Assembly (NCBI GenBank): GCA_965222605.1
Contig: OZ244960.1
Span: 6,208,001 to 6,272,000 of the forward strand
Origin: Candidatus Latescibacterota bacterium
GTDB taxonomy: Bacteria > Latescibacterota > UBA2968
Direction of reading: 5' to 3'
DNA: 64,000 nt
Positions 28,056-36,440 of the stretch are shown here, in pieces (within the stretch, counting starts at the first letter, position 1; each line of letters opens with the position of its first letter). A model generated the notes under the pieces. That model saw only the letters and a program-made list of their open reading frames with translations, had not been told where the DNA came from and ran no database searches. Position numbers and translations under genes: made by a program.

Positions 28056-30452
28056 ATGGCATATCAATTGATTGGCAAGGATTTTATGCCGCCAGATGTG
28101 GCGGCAAAGGTTACGGGCAAGGCGAAATACGCCGAGGATTTTCGCGCTGAAGGCATGGTGTTTTGCCGCTTGCTTATGAGTACAATGCCCCATGCGCGCG
28201 TTCGCAACCTCGATGTGTCTGAAGCGATGAAGATGAAGGGCGTTGTAGGTATTTTAACGGCTGATGATGTGCCCGAACAAGAAGCGCCGAATAACCCCAT
28301 TTTGACAAATAATCCCCATTATGTGGGGGATCCTATTCTGGCGGTTGCCGCGATCGATGAGCAGACTGCACAGGATGCGATTGACAAAATTGCGATTGAT
28401 TATGAACCCCTGCCCTTTACACTCGATCCCCTGGAGAGTCTTTATCCCGGCGGTACAAATGCCCGCGAAGATGGCAATATTCGCAACCGGCGTTCGGGAA
28501 GCGAGACAATCAAATGGACTGCTGGAGATTTTGTAGGTAAGGATGTGTGTCCGACGGGCAAACCCGCAACTGAGTGGTCTTATGGCGAGGTTGATCAGGG
28601 GTTTGAGAGTGCAAAATTGATCGTGGATGAGAGCTTTGTCACGGCAAATAATCCGCATCATTCGATGGAACCGCGGTCGTGCATGGCCTATTGGCAAAAT
28701 GGCAAGTGTTTCGTGTATGGCGCAACGCAAAGCCAGAGTCGTCCCACGCGCGACCTGGCCCGTCTCTTGAAGATGGAGCCTGAAGAACTGGTCTATATTG
28801 CAGAATACTGCGGTGGCGGTTTTGGTTCCAAAGGCACGGCATATCCCGTGATGGCGATTCCGCCGCTTATGTCCAAAAAAGTCGGGCAGCCCGTGATGAT
28901 GCGTATTAGTCGCGCGGAAGAGTATTTCATAGGGTCGGCGCGCCATGGTTTTCAGGGGCGAATTAAAATTGGTTTTCGCGACAATGGGCGGATCAGTGCG
29001 CTGGATATGTACGTGATTCAGGAAAATGGCGCTTATCGCGGGGGTGGTGATTGGACTGCTGCCGGCGATGCGGTTTCGCTGGTTTATACGCCCGATGCCA
29101 TGCGCTTTCGGGGGATTCCCGTATATACCAATACGCCGATTAGAGGCGCGCAACGCGGTCCTGGACAGAACCAGATCGCCTGTGTGGTCGAACCCTTACT
29201 CGACAAGGCCGCCGAGGAATTGGGCCTTGATCCGCTGGGGATTCGGCGCATCAATGCACCCGATAACGATTCGAAATACGGACGCAGGCAAGGGCCGGTT
29301 ACGAGCGTTTATATGCGCGAGGCTCTGGACAAGGGCGGCAAAGCTTTTGATTGGGCAGGGAAAAAACAAAAAAGTCGCCAGAGAAATGGTTCTAAGATTA
29401 TTGGTGTGGGAGTTGGGCAGGCTTATCACTCGGCGGGTTCAAGTAAGTTTGATGGTCTGGTGCGCCTGACGCCAGAGGGCAAATTGCACATTCATTCGGG
29501 TGTTGGCAATCTCGGTACATTTTCGCACAGTGCAACATCTCGTGTCGCCGCCGAAGTGCTGACGTGTAAATGGGAAAATTGCGTGATTGAGCGGGGCGAT
29601 ACCCGCCGCCATTTGCCGTGGAACCATGCACAGTGGGGGAGCAATACCTCGTTTACGATGACGCGCACGAATTATGTCGCGGCTGTGGATGCAAAAAACA
29701 AATTGCTGGAGATTGCGGCAATGGATCTGGGTGGCTCTCCCGGCGATTACGATTTGGCCGATGAGCGGGTTGTGCATAAAACGGACAAATCCAAAAGCAT
29801 GGGATTTGTAGAGGCGGCAAAACGCGCAATTGAACTGGGGGGGAAGTACGACGGACATGAGGCTCCTGAAGATATTAATGATATGACAAAAGCCTCGGTG
29901 GCCGCGCTTGCGGGCACGGGTTTGATTGGTGTTGCCAAAGACAATTTGAAGCACGATGGCGTTGTGCCAGCGATGGCTGTCGGGTTTGTCGAGATTGAAT
30001 TGGATCTCGAGACCGGCAAGTACGAGATTTTGGATTATGTAGGGGTTGCCGAGTGCGGCACAGTGCTACATCCGCAGGGGCTGGAGACGCAGATCAAAGG
30101 CGGTGCGGTTATGGGATTTGGTCTGGCTGCTCTGGAGCGGTACGTGTATGATCCTCAAAACGGCCTTCCCGCAAATACGGGGCTTTATCAGTGCAAGCCG
30201 CCGTCTTATCTCGATGTTCCATCTGAGATGAAAACAGAAGTGGTCGATATCGCCGATCCTCAAAATCCAGTTGGTGCTAAGGGAATTGGCGAGCCTGTGC
30301 AGGGTTGTGCCGCTGCCGCGCTTTTGTGCGCGATTTCAGACGCGCTGGGCGGGCATTATTTTAATCGCATGCCAGTGACGACCGATCATATTGTCAATGC
30401 AGCCGCAGGGCGCGAACAGTCGTATAAGGCACTGCAGGTGAATACAGTATAA
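28056..30452 (+). CDS. Xanthine dehydrogenase family molybdopterin-binding subunit
   Basis: KVTGKAKYAED, GGGFGSK, QRGPG, KGIGE. Confidence 0.92.
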   Translation: MAYQLIGKDFMPPDVAAKVTGKAKYAEDFRAEGMVFCRLLMSTMPHARVRNLDVSEAMKMKGVVGILTADDVPEQEAPNNPILTNNPHYVGDPILAVAAIDEQTAQDAIDKIAIDYEPLPFTLDPLESLYPGGTNAREDGNIRNRRSGSETIKWTAGDFVGKDVCPTGKPATEWSYGEVDQGFESAKLIVDESFVTANNPHHSMEPRSCMAYWQNGKCFVYGATQSQSRPTRDLARLLKMEPEELVYIAEYCGGGFGSKGTAYPVMAIPPLMSKKVGQPVMMRISRAEEYFIGSARHGFQGRIKIGFRDNGRISALDMYVIQENGAYRGGGDWTAAGDAVSLVYTPDAMRFRGIPVYTNTPIRGAQRGPGQNQIACVVEPLLDKAAEELGLDPLGIRRINAPDNDSKYGRRQGPVTSVYMREALDKGGKAFDWAGKKQKSRQRNGSKIIGVGVGQAYHSAGSSKFDGLVRLTPEGKLHIHSGVGNLGTFSHSATSRVAAEVLTCKWENCVIERGDTRRHLPWNHAQWGSNTSFTMTRTNYVAAVDAKNKLLEIAAMDLGGSPGDYDLADERVVHKTDKSKSMGFVEAAKRAIELGGKYDGHEAPEDINDMTKASVAALAGTGLIGVAKDNLKHDGVVPAMAVGFVEIELDLETGKYEILDYVGVAECGTVLHPQGLETQIKGGAVMGFGLAALERYVYDPQNGLPANTGLYQCKPPSYLDVPSEMKTEVVDIADPQNPVGAKGIGEPVQGCAAAALLCAISDALGGHYFNRMPVTTDHIVNAAAGREQSYKALQVNTV

Positions 30453-30467
30453 GAAGGGAGAAATGAA

Positions 30468-31457
30468 ATGCCCAGAGATATGATGGCTAATTTTGAGTTG
30501 TATCAGCCCACGACGATAGATCACGCGCTGAATTTAATGGATCGCTATGGCGATGACGGTTGGGTTCTGGCAGGGGGGCAGGATAGTTTTGACTGGTTTA
30601 AGGACCGCGCCAAGAAGCCCAAAGCAGTTATCGATATTAACGGTATTGATGATTTGCACGGGATTCGAGAAACAGCCGATGGGGTTGAGATTGGTGCGCT
30701 GACCACGCTGACGGCGATCGAGACAAGTGCGCTGATTAAAGAGAAATACGGCGTGTTAGCCGATGCTGCGCGGCATGTTGCAAGCCCGCAAATTCGCAAT
30801 GTGGGAACGATTGGGGGCAATGTCTGTCAGGATGCGCGGTGCTGGTATTATCGGTATGGTCTGGATTGTTATCGCGCGGGAGGGAATACCTGCTATGCCG
30901 ATACGCCCGAGGGAATTGACCGCGAACATTGTCTTTTTGGAGCTGATCGGTGTATTGCCGTATCGCCTTCGGATACCGCACCTGCACTTGTTGCCCTCGA
31001 TGCGCGTATGATTGTTGTAAATGGCGATGGGGAAAAAGAGGTGCAGGCAGAGGATTTTTTTATCGGTCCAGATGTGGATATTACGCGTATGACGATTTTG
31101 CAACCGGGTGATTTACTCAAGTCGATTGTGATTCCCAACACATGGGCAGGGGCGCGTTTTTATTTTGAAAAAGTGGCCGAAAGGAACACATGGGATTTCG
31201 CGCTGGTCAATATTGCCGCTGCGATGAAGGTGGATAACAATGCGATTGTCGATATCCGCATGGCATGTGGCGGCGTTGCGTGTGTGCCGCTGCGATTGAC
31301 GGTTGTGGAAGAGGTGGTCAAGGGCAATCCCAAAAATGGCGCGTCTGCCGATCTCGCTGCGAGTGCGGCAAGCCGAGGGGCCACGCCGCTGAATTACAAT
31401 GGGTTTAAGATTCCCCTTATGGAAGGTCTGGTCAAACGGGCGATACGAGAGAGTTGA
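30468..31457 (+). CDS. FAD-binding subunit with 4Fe-4S insert, PaoB/HcrB-like
   Basis: LAGGQD, ASPQIRNVGTIGGN, Cys insert CWYYR...C...C...C. Confidence 0.9.
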   Translation: MPRDMMANFELYQPTTIDHALNLMDRYGDDGWVLAGGQDSFDWFKDRAKKPKAVIDINGIDDLHGIRETADGVEIGALTTLTAIETSALIKEKYGVLADAARHVASPQIRNVGTIGGNVCQDARCWYYRYGLDCYRAGGNTCYADTPEGIDREHCLFGADRCIAVSPSDTAPALVALDARMIVVNGDGEKEVQAEDFFIGPDVDITRMTILQPGDLLKSIVIPNTWAGARFYFEKVAERNTWDFALVNIAAAMKVDNNAIVDIRMACGGVACVPLRLTVVEEVVKGNPKNGASADLAASAASRGATPLNYNGFKIPLMEGLVKRAIRES

Positions 31458-31612
31458 TGGATATTTTTCGATATACCAGCGATGCCTGGGGGCAGCGGGT
31501 TTTAGAAGGTCTTTCGTGGGATCTGATCGGGTATTTTGCAGGTGTGGGCGTTGTATTTATTGTTTTGCATTCGGGTTATATGCACTTTTTCGTGAAAAAA
31601 AACGGTCAATGA
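31457..31612 (+). CDS. 51-aa single-TM protein (not in ORF track)
   Basis: MDIFRYTSDAWGQRVLEGLSWDLIGYFAGVGVVFIVLHSGYMHFFVKKNGQ; overlaps the upstream stop (TGATG) and the downstream start (ATGA). Confidence 0.7.
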   Translation: MDIFRYTSDAWGQRVLEGLSWDLIGYFAGVGVVFIVLHSGYMHFFVKKNGQ

Positions 31613-32232
31613 ATGTCCTGCTGAGACATACTCTCGCTACCCGAATCAATCACTGGCTGATGGCGGCGTGCATGATTGCGCTGTTGTTGACTGGTTTTTT
31701 GCCGATTTTGGGGATTAAGTTTGCGTGGGTGACGCTGCACTGGGTTTCCGGCGCGATTTTCACCGCTTCTGTTTTATTTCACATTATTTATGCCATGACC
31801 CGGCAAGACTGGCGGTCTATGTGGATTGCGCCAGGAGAATTTGCAGATATTCTTTCCTCGCTGTCGGGTTCCATCAAGGCTTTGAAAGTGTCGCCCGGCA
31901 AATACTGGCTGATGCAAAAGTTTTATCATCATATTGTGGCGACCATGAGTCTCGTTGCTATTGTGACGGGTATTTTGATGCTACTTAAAATTGATTCGCC
32001 TTTATGGACACGCGATCCTTATGTTTTTTCAGGTGAAAGCTGGGGCATTATTTATGTTTTACACGATTTTTCGGGTCTGTGTTTTATTCCGCTGATTATG
32101 ATGCATGTTTATTTTGCGATACGGCCCGAGAAACTCTTTTATACGCGATCGATGATTAAAGGATGGATTACAGACGAGGAATATCGCGCACATCACGATC
32201 CTGAAAAGTGGGATGCAAAAAGAAAGGGCTAA
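31609..32232 (+). CDS. Cytochrome b (FdnI/Ni-hydrogenase cyt b-like)
   Basis: RHTLATRINHW, LHWVSG, LHD...MMHVYFA heme His ligands; four TMs; RSMIKGWI. Confidence 0.85.
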   Translation: MNVLLRHTLATRINHWLMAACMIALLLTGFLPILGIKFAWVTLHWVSGAIFTASVLFHIIYAMTRQDWRSMWIAPGEFADILSSLSGSIKALKVSPGKYWLMQKFYHHIVATMSLVAIVTGILMLLKIDSPLWTRDPYVFSGESWGIIYVLHDFSGLCFIPLIMMHVYFAIRPEKLFYTRSMIKGWITDEEYRAHHDPEKWDAKRKG

Positions 32233-32239
32233 TCAACGC

Positions 32240-32620
32240 ATGGCAGATGTTTTCTCAGAGTGGGCGCAATATATTGAGGCGATTGAGTCGGGCTATGAAT
32301 TGATGCTGGCTTATGCCGCACAGGGTATAGAGGGAGATGACGGCCCAGACTCGCAGATACGACACGCATTAAAAGAGATGAATGACGCGCTCGGTAATCT
32401 GGGAGAATCCGCAGCGCGTATCGCAAGAGAAAAGGGGCTTACGGATTATCGGGATTTTTTGGACGCGATGGATGTCGATGCCCAAAAAGCACAGGCGGGC
32501 ATCAATCTCGTACTCGGAAAGTCCGCCATCAGTTCCCAGTTGATCGACAACTTAAATGCCTCTATTCATTTGCGCGCGCTGCTGACCGATCTGTTTTTGA
32601 TCGATGAGGCTTTGAAATGA
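32240..32620 (+). CDS. Hypothetical helical protein, last gene of the oxidoreductase operon
   Basis: EAIESGYELMLAYAAQG...SSQLIDNLNASIHLRALLTDLFLIDE; followed by a terminator. Confidence 0.75.
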   Translation: MADVFSEWAQYIEAIESGYELMLAYAAQGIEGDDGPDSQIRHALKEMNDALGNLGESAARIAREKGLTDYRDFLDAMDVDAQKAQAGINLVLGKSAISSQLIDNLNASIHLRALLTDLFLIDEALK

Positions 32621-32644
32621 GATTGTAGATTTTATGTTTTATCT

Positions 32645-32679
32645 AAAAAGGTCGTGAATATGACTCACGGCCTTTTTTT
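32645..32679. terminator. Bidirectional intrinsic terminator between convergent genes
   Basis: AAAAAGGTCGTGA-atatgac-TCACGGCCTTTTTTT. Confidence 0.75.
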
Positions 32680-32716
32680 GTAGCAATGAAGTTTGTCTGA
32701 AGGTGAGTATTGAGTC

Positions 32717-33547
32717 TCAGGGGCACTCGCCGCGTGTAAGCCTGCTCTGGATGTCGTCTAATACAGCCGGCACATCCCAGATGCCGTCGACGACATAGTG
32801 TGCGCCAGACTGATGCATGCGCTGATATACGGCCTCGAGTTGTGTTTGCAGTACTTCGGGATCAAGGCTGTTGATTTCTTCTTCGTTTAGACCGATTTCA
32901 TTCCCTGTTTTTGCAAGTCCTATGGTCCACATGCCGGCATTGAGACCCTCTTCGATGCCGGGGATCGTGTCATCGACTTTGACACAGGCTGCAAAGGGGT
33001 ACACGCCCAGTTGCATGGCATTTTGCACACACATCCACGGTGCTGGACGGCCTTCGGGAACGTCGGTTGCGCACACAGTTGCATCGGGTTCGTAACCGCG
33101 CTTTTTGGCTTCTTTCTGCAATAGTGCCATCATTTCGCCTGTATATCCGGTGGTTGATCCTATTTTTAATCCGCGCTTGCGAAACTCGGCAACGGCTTCC
33201 AGTGTACCGGGAATCAAATCGGCGTATTCAGCCAGACAACTCAGTTGCATGGGCACAAATGCTTCAAACATCTCATCGATATCCGATTCCTGCGGTGGGC
33301 GATTGTAGGTCTCTTCCCAGCGCTGGTGTACAGATTCGATTTGAGATATTTTGTGGATGTGGACTTTTTTATGCGCCCCCATTGGCGCACGCGCCTCGGA
33401 CATGCTGATAGGTACTCGCATGCGTTCATACACCTGGCGAAAAACCACAGCAGGCGCGTAACATCCGTAATCCATTGTGGTTCCTGCCCAATCTAACAAA
33501 ATGGCTTTTAGCACACCGCGATATGTACGTCGAAAATAAAAATCCAT
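32717..33547 (-). CDS. phnX: Phosphonoacetaldehyde hydrolase (phosphonatase)
   Basis: DWAGTTMDYG HAD motif, ARAPMGAHKKVHI (Schiff-base Lys), GRPAPWM, KVDDT..GIEEGLNAGMW. Confidence 0.95.
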   Translation of the reverse strand: MDFYFRRTYRGVLKAILLDWAGTTMDYGCYAPAVVFRQVYERMRVPISMSEARAPMGAHKKVHIHKISQIESVHQRWEETYNRPPQESDIDEMFEAFVPMQLSCLAEYADLIPGTLEAVAEFRKRGLKIGSTTGYTGEMMALLQKEAKKRGYEPDATVCATDVPEGRPAPWMCVQNAMQLGVYPFAACVKVDDTIPGIEEGLNAGMWTIGLAKTGNEIGLNEEEINSLDPEVLQTQLEAVYQRMHQSGAHYVVDGIWDVPAVLDDIQSRLTRGECP

Positions 33548-33614
33548 TTTCTGTCCTTTCTGGTTCGAGAAAAAAATAAAGTGTCGGTATAGAGATCAAT
33601 ACATAAGGCGAATT

Positions 33615-34751
33615 GTGAAACAGATTACCTACATGGCACCCGGGGCTATTGAGACTGTGCGGTCTTTGTTAGATGATAGAGTTGCGCACTCCGTCTTTGT
33701 TGTGGCTGATCGCACAGCCTACGATAAATCTGGCGCAAGAATGTATCTAAAATCCGCATTACAGGGGCGAGTCCAGGCCATCTTTGATGATTTCGCGCCC
33801 AATCCCAAATACGCCGATGTGATGCGCGGTGTCAAATTCTGGCACACGCATCCTTGTGATATCATGATAGCTATAGGTGGTGGGTCCGCAATTGATATGG
33901 CCAAGCTCATTGGCATTTGCGGTACACATCGCGGGCAATACCGCGAACTTCTTACAGGGGAGATACCGATTCGGGATAAGGCCGCACCGTTAATCGCCAT
34001 TCCCACCACAGCGGGTACGGGAAGTGAAGCGACGCATTTTGCTGTGGTTTATGTTGGGGGACAGAAATATTCCGTTGTACACGCCAATGTGCTGCCCGAC
34101 TACGCAATTATCGATCCCAATCTGACGGCCAATTTGCCGCCTTCTATTACCGCACATACTGGCCTGGACGCACTGTCACAGGCTGTTGAATCTTTGTGGA
34201 GTGTGAATGCAACCGCGCAATCGCGTGTTTTTGCAAGCGAAGCTCTGAGGCTGGTGCTCGATAATCTCGAGGCCGCTGTTCACCGTCCCACACTCGATGT
34301 GCGTGCTAATATGTGTCGCGCTGCTCATCTATCGGGTAAAGCGATTAATATCAGCAAGACCACAGCACCTCACGCGATTTCCTATACGCTCACATCTCAA
34401 TTTGGTGTGCCTCACGGTTTGGCTGTGGCTCTGACATTGGGTGCAGTTTTAATATACAACAATGGGGTAACCAGTGGTGATTGTTGGCATCCCAAAGGTG
34501 TTGCTCAAGTTCAGAATGATATCAGAGGTATCAACAGGCTGATAGGGGTTGAGAGTTCTGAAGAAGCGCGAAAACACATTGACGATCTCATCAGCACCAT
34601 TGGTTGTCCAACCCGTCTGCGACAGATCGGTGTGGATACTGCTGCAGACCTGGAAACAATTGTGCAGAATGTCAATACGGAACGTCTAAAAAACAATCCC
34701 CGCGCCCTGTCACAGTTTGAGCTAAGACGGATACTCCGTGAAATCCATTAA
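33615..34751 (+). CDS. Fe-dependent alcohol dehydrogenase, phosphonoacetaldehyde reductase-like
   Basis: GGGSAIDMAK, IPTTAGTGSEATHFAVVY, GKAINISKTTAPHAISY, HGLAV, RLKNNP. Confidence 0.8.
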   Translation: MKQITYMAPGAIETVRSLLDDRVAHSVFVVADRTAYDKSGARMYLKSALQGRVQAIFDDFAPNPKYADVMRGVKFWHTHPCDIMIAIGGGSAIDMAKLIGICGTHRGQYRELLTGEIPIRDKAAPLIAIPTTAGTGSEATHFAVVYVGGQKYSVVHANVLPDYAIIDPNLTANLPPSITAHTGLDALSQAVESLWSVNATAQSRVFASEALRLVLDNLEAAVHRPTLDVRANMCRAAHLSGKAINISKTTAPHAISYTLTSQFGVPHGLAVALTLGAVLIYNNGVTSGDCWHPKGVAQVQNDIRGINRLIGVESSEEARKHIDDLISTIGCPTRLRQIGVDTAADLETIVQNVNTERLKNNPRALSQFELRRILREIH

Positions 34752-34982
34752 ATCAAAATGAGATGACTCAAACATTGCCCGAAAGTCGAGAGCGCGCTCC
34801 CAAACCGGTTACGCCAGATAGTGGGTAGAGGTAAGATACGACATCCCTGAAGAGAAAATTTTATAGACGAATTGGATTTGTGATGGCAAATTCCGCGTTT
34901 TGTATTATAATTTGTAGTAAATTGGCAGTTCCTAACATTAATAAAACAGACCCGAAATTTCTCAAATTAACGGAGCACATCC

Positions 34983-35468
34983 TTGGAACACAAAGCACAC
35001 ATTGAGGTTGCTAAACCTCCAGGTACACCAGCTAAAGAGAAAGGGGATTTACTTGAAGAGTTAGCAGCGGATCTCTTAAGAATACAGAACTATGATGTCA
35101 CTGAACAACTGCGATTAACCGCTACTGAGCTTGACCTCTTGTGTGAACATCAAGTTAACCGCAAGACCGTTTATGTAGAGTGTAAAGCACACCGAGGACC
35201 TATCAGCGCGGATGTTTTAACTAAGCTATTAGGCACGTTAGAGCTCAAAGGTTATCAAGCGATTGGGAGGTTTGTAAACCAAAAGTTTGAACGTAATTGG
35301 TCTGATAGCTCGGAAATACGTGTGGGAAATGCCCTTCTTCAATGGGCATCCTGGGTTAAAAAAGGAATAGAACAAAAAAGAATTCCCAAACCACCAGGTC
35401 GCATAAAAACAGAACCGGAAAATCAGCTTAGGCTATTTCAGATGGGGGAAAGTACGCATACTCTATAA
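34983..35468 (+). CDS. Mrr-like/PD-(D/E)xK nuclease fragment, probably chimeric or truncated
   Basis: EKGDLLEE, ELDLL, YVECK; the C-terminal half looks unrelated; TTG start. Confidence 0.55.
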   Translation: MEHKAHIEVAKPPGTPAKEKGDLLEELAADLLRIQNYDVTEQLRLTATELDLLCEHQVNRKTVYVECKAHRGPISADVLTKLLGTLELKGYQAIGRFVNQKFERNWSDSSEIRVGNALLQWASWVKKGIEQKRIPKPPGRIKTEPENQLRLFQMGESTHTL

Positions 35469-35528
35469 CTCATCCCTAGCGAAATGGAAGTATCCGACCT
35501 CGAAATCTCAAGGAAAGGCAAGATACTC

Positions 35529-35804
35529 ATGCTCCAGATTGAAATTCACTCACGCGACCTCGAAAAAGAGGTGAACGCCCTAATCGATGCGGGGCTTTAT
35601 GCCGACTCGCACGCGTTGATGACCGATGCTCTTGAAAAATTGGTCACTACCAAAAAAGAATCTCGCCTTGATGCCGCAATTTTGCTTTATCAACAGCATG
35701 AAGTGACACTCGCCAGAGCTGCGGAATTGGCCGGGATCCACCGTTTTGAGTTTGAAGCTGCGTTGGAAACGAAAGGTATCTCGAAAATCGTAGAAGCCGA
35801 TTAA
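35529..35804 (+). CDS. UPF0175 family antitoxin (possibly prematurely terminated)
   Basis: LYQQHEVTLARAAELAGIHRFEF; the frame continues past TAA to a TGA at 35841-35843. Confidence 0.75.
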   Translation: MLQIEIHSRDLEKEVNALIDAGLYADSHALMTDALEKLVTTKKESRLDAAILLYQQHEVTLARAAELAGIHRFEFEAALETKGISKIVEAD

Positions 35805-35839
35805 ACCGAAGCCTTGCAAGCAGGCGTTTCACTCATTAA

Positions 35840-36373
35840 ATGACAGTAGAAATCAAACGACAGCACCAAAGGGACTTAGTCGTGGTTTTTGTTGATACAG
35901 ATGTGCTTTCCATATTCGCTAAAATTCAACGGCTTCCCTTGTTGTTTACCGTCTTTAATGAAGACCATCTCAATATTTCCACCACTGTAGAGAGCGAACT
36001 TCAAACGGGCATCGCTAAGGGGTTTGACTTTGCACAAAACGTCATAGCATTGCATTCCCAAGGGAAAATCGTAACATATCATCCGACAGCTGTTGACCAA
36101 CGGTTCACTGCGACCTTGCCCAAGACGCTTGGTTCGGGAGAACGCGAGTCAATGGCGATTTGTAAACGGTTGAATGCCATCTTTGTTAGCAACGAGCGAC
36201 GGGTTAAACATCACTGTCGGAAAAATGGGATAGATTGCGTCAATCTATCCGAAATTTTGCGTGCACTATGGGAACGTGGAATTTTGATGCAAGCCGATGT
36301 GAGAAAGGTCATCAGTGAGATCGAGACAAAAGACAATCTTAAATTTCGAACAACAGACCCAATTTTCAAATGA
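35840..36373 (+). CDS. PIN-domain toxin (DUF3368-like)
   Basis: VFVDTDVL, LGSGERESMAI, FVSNE PIN motifs. Confidence 0.8.
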   Translation: MTVEIKRQHQRDLVVVFVDTDVLSIFAKIQRLPLLFTVFNEDHLNISTTVESELQTGIAKGFDFAQNVIALHSQGKIVTYHPTAVDQRFTATLPKTLGSGERESMAICKRLNAIFVSNERRVKHHCRKNGIDCVNLSEILRALWERGILMQADVRKVISEIETKDNLKFRTTDPIFK

Positions 36374-36440
36374 ACTCCATATAACGAACCTCATCAAACA
36401 CCCCGCCTTCGCCATCGTTTTTCTAGATGCGACACGCTTT

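Noticed and set aside
31399-31608. Upstream extension of the cytochrome b ORF
   Set aside because: It overlaps the FAD subunit and the more plausible 51-aa ORF in another frame.
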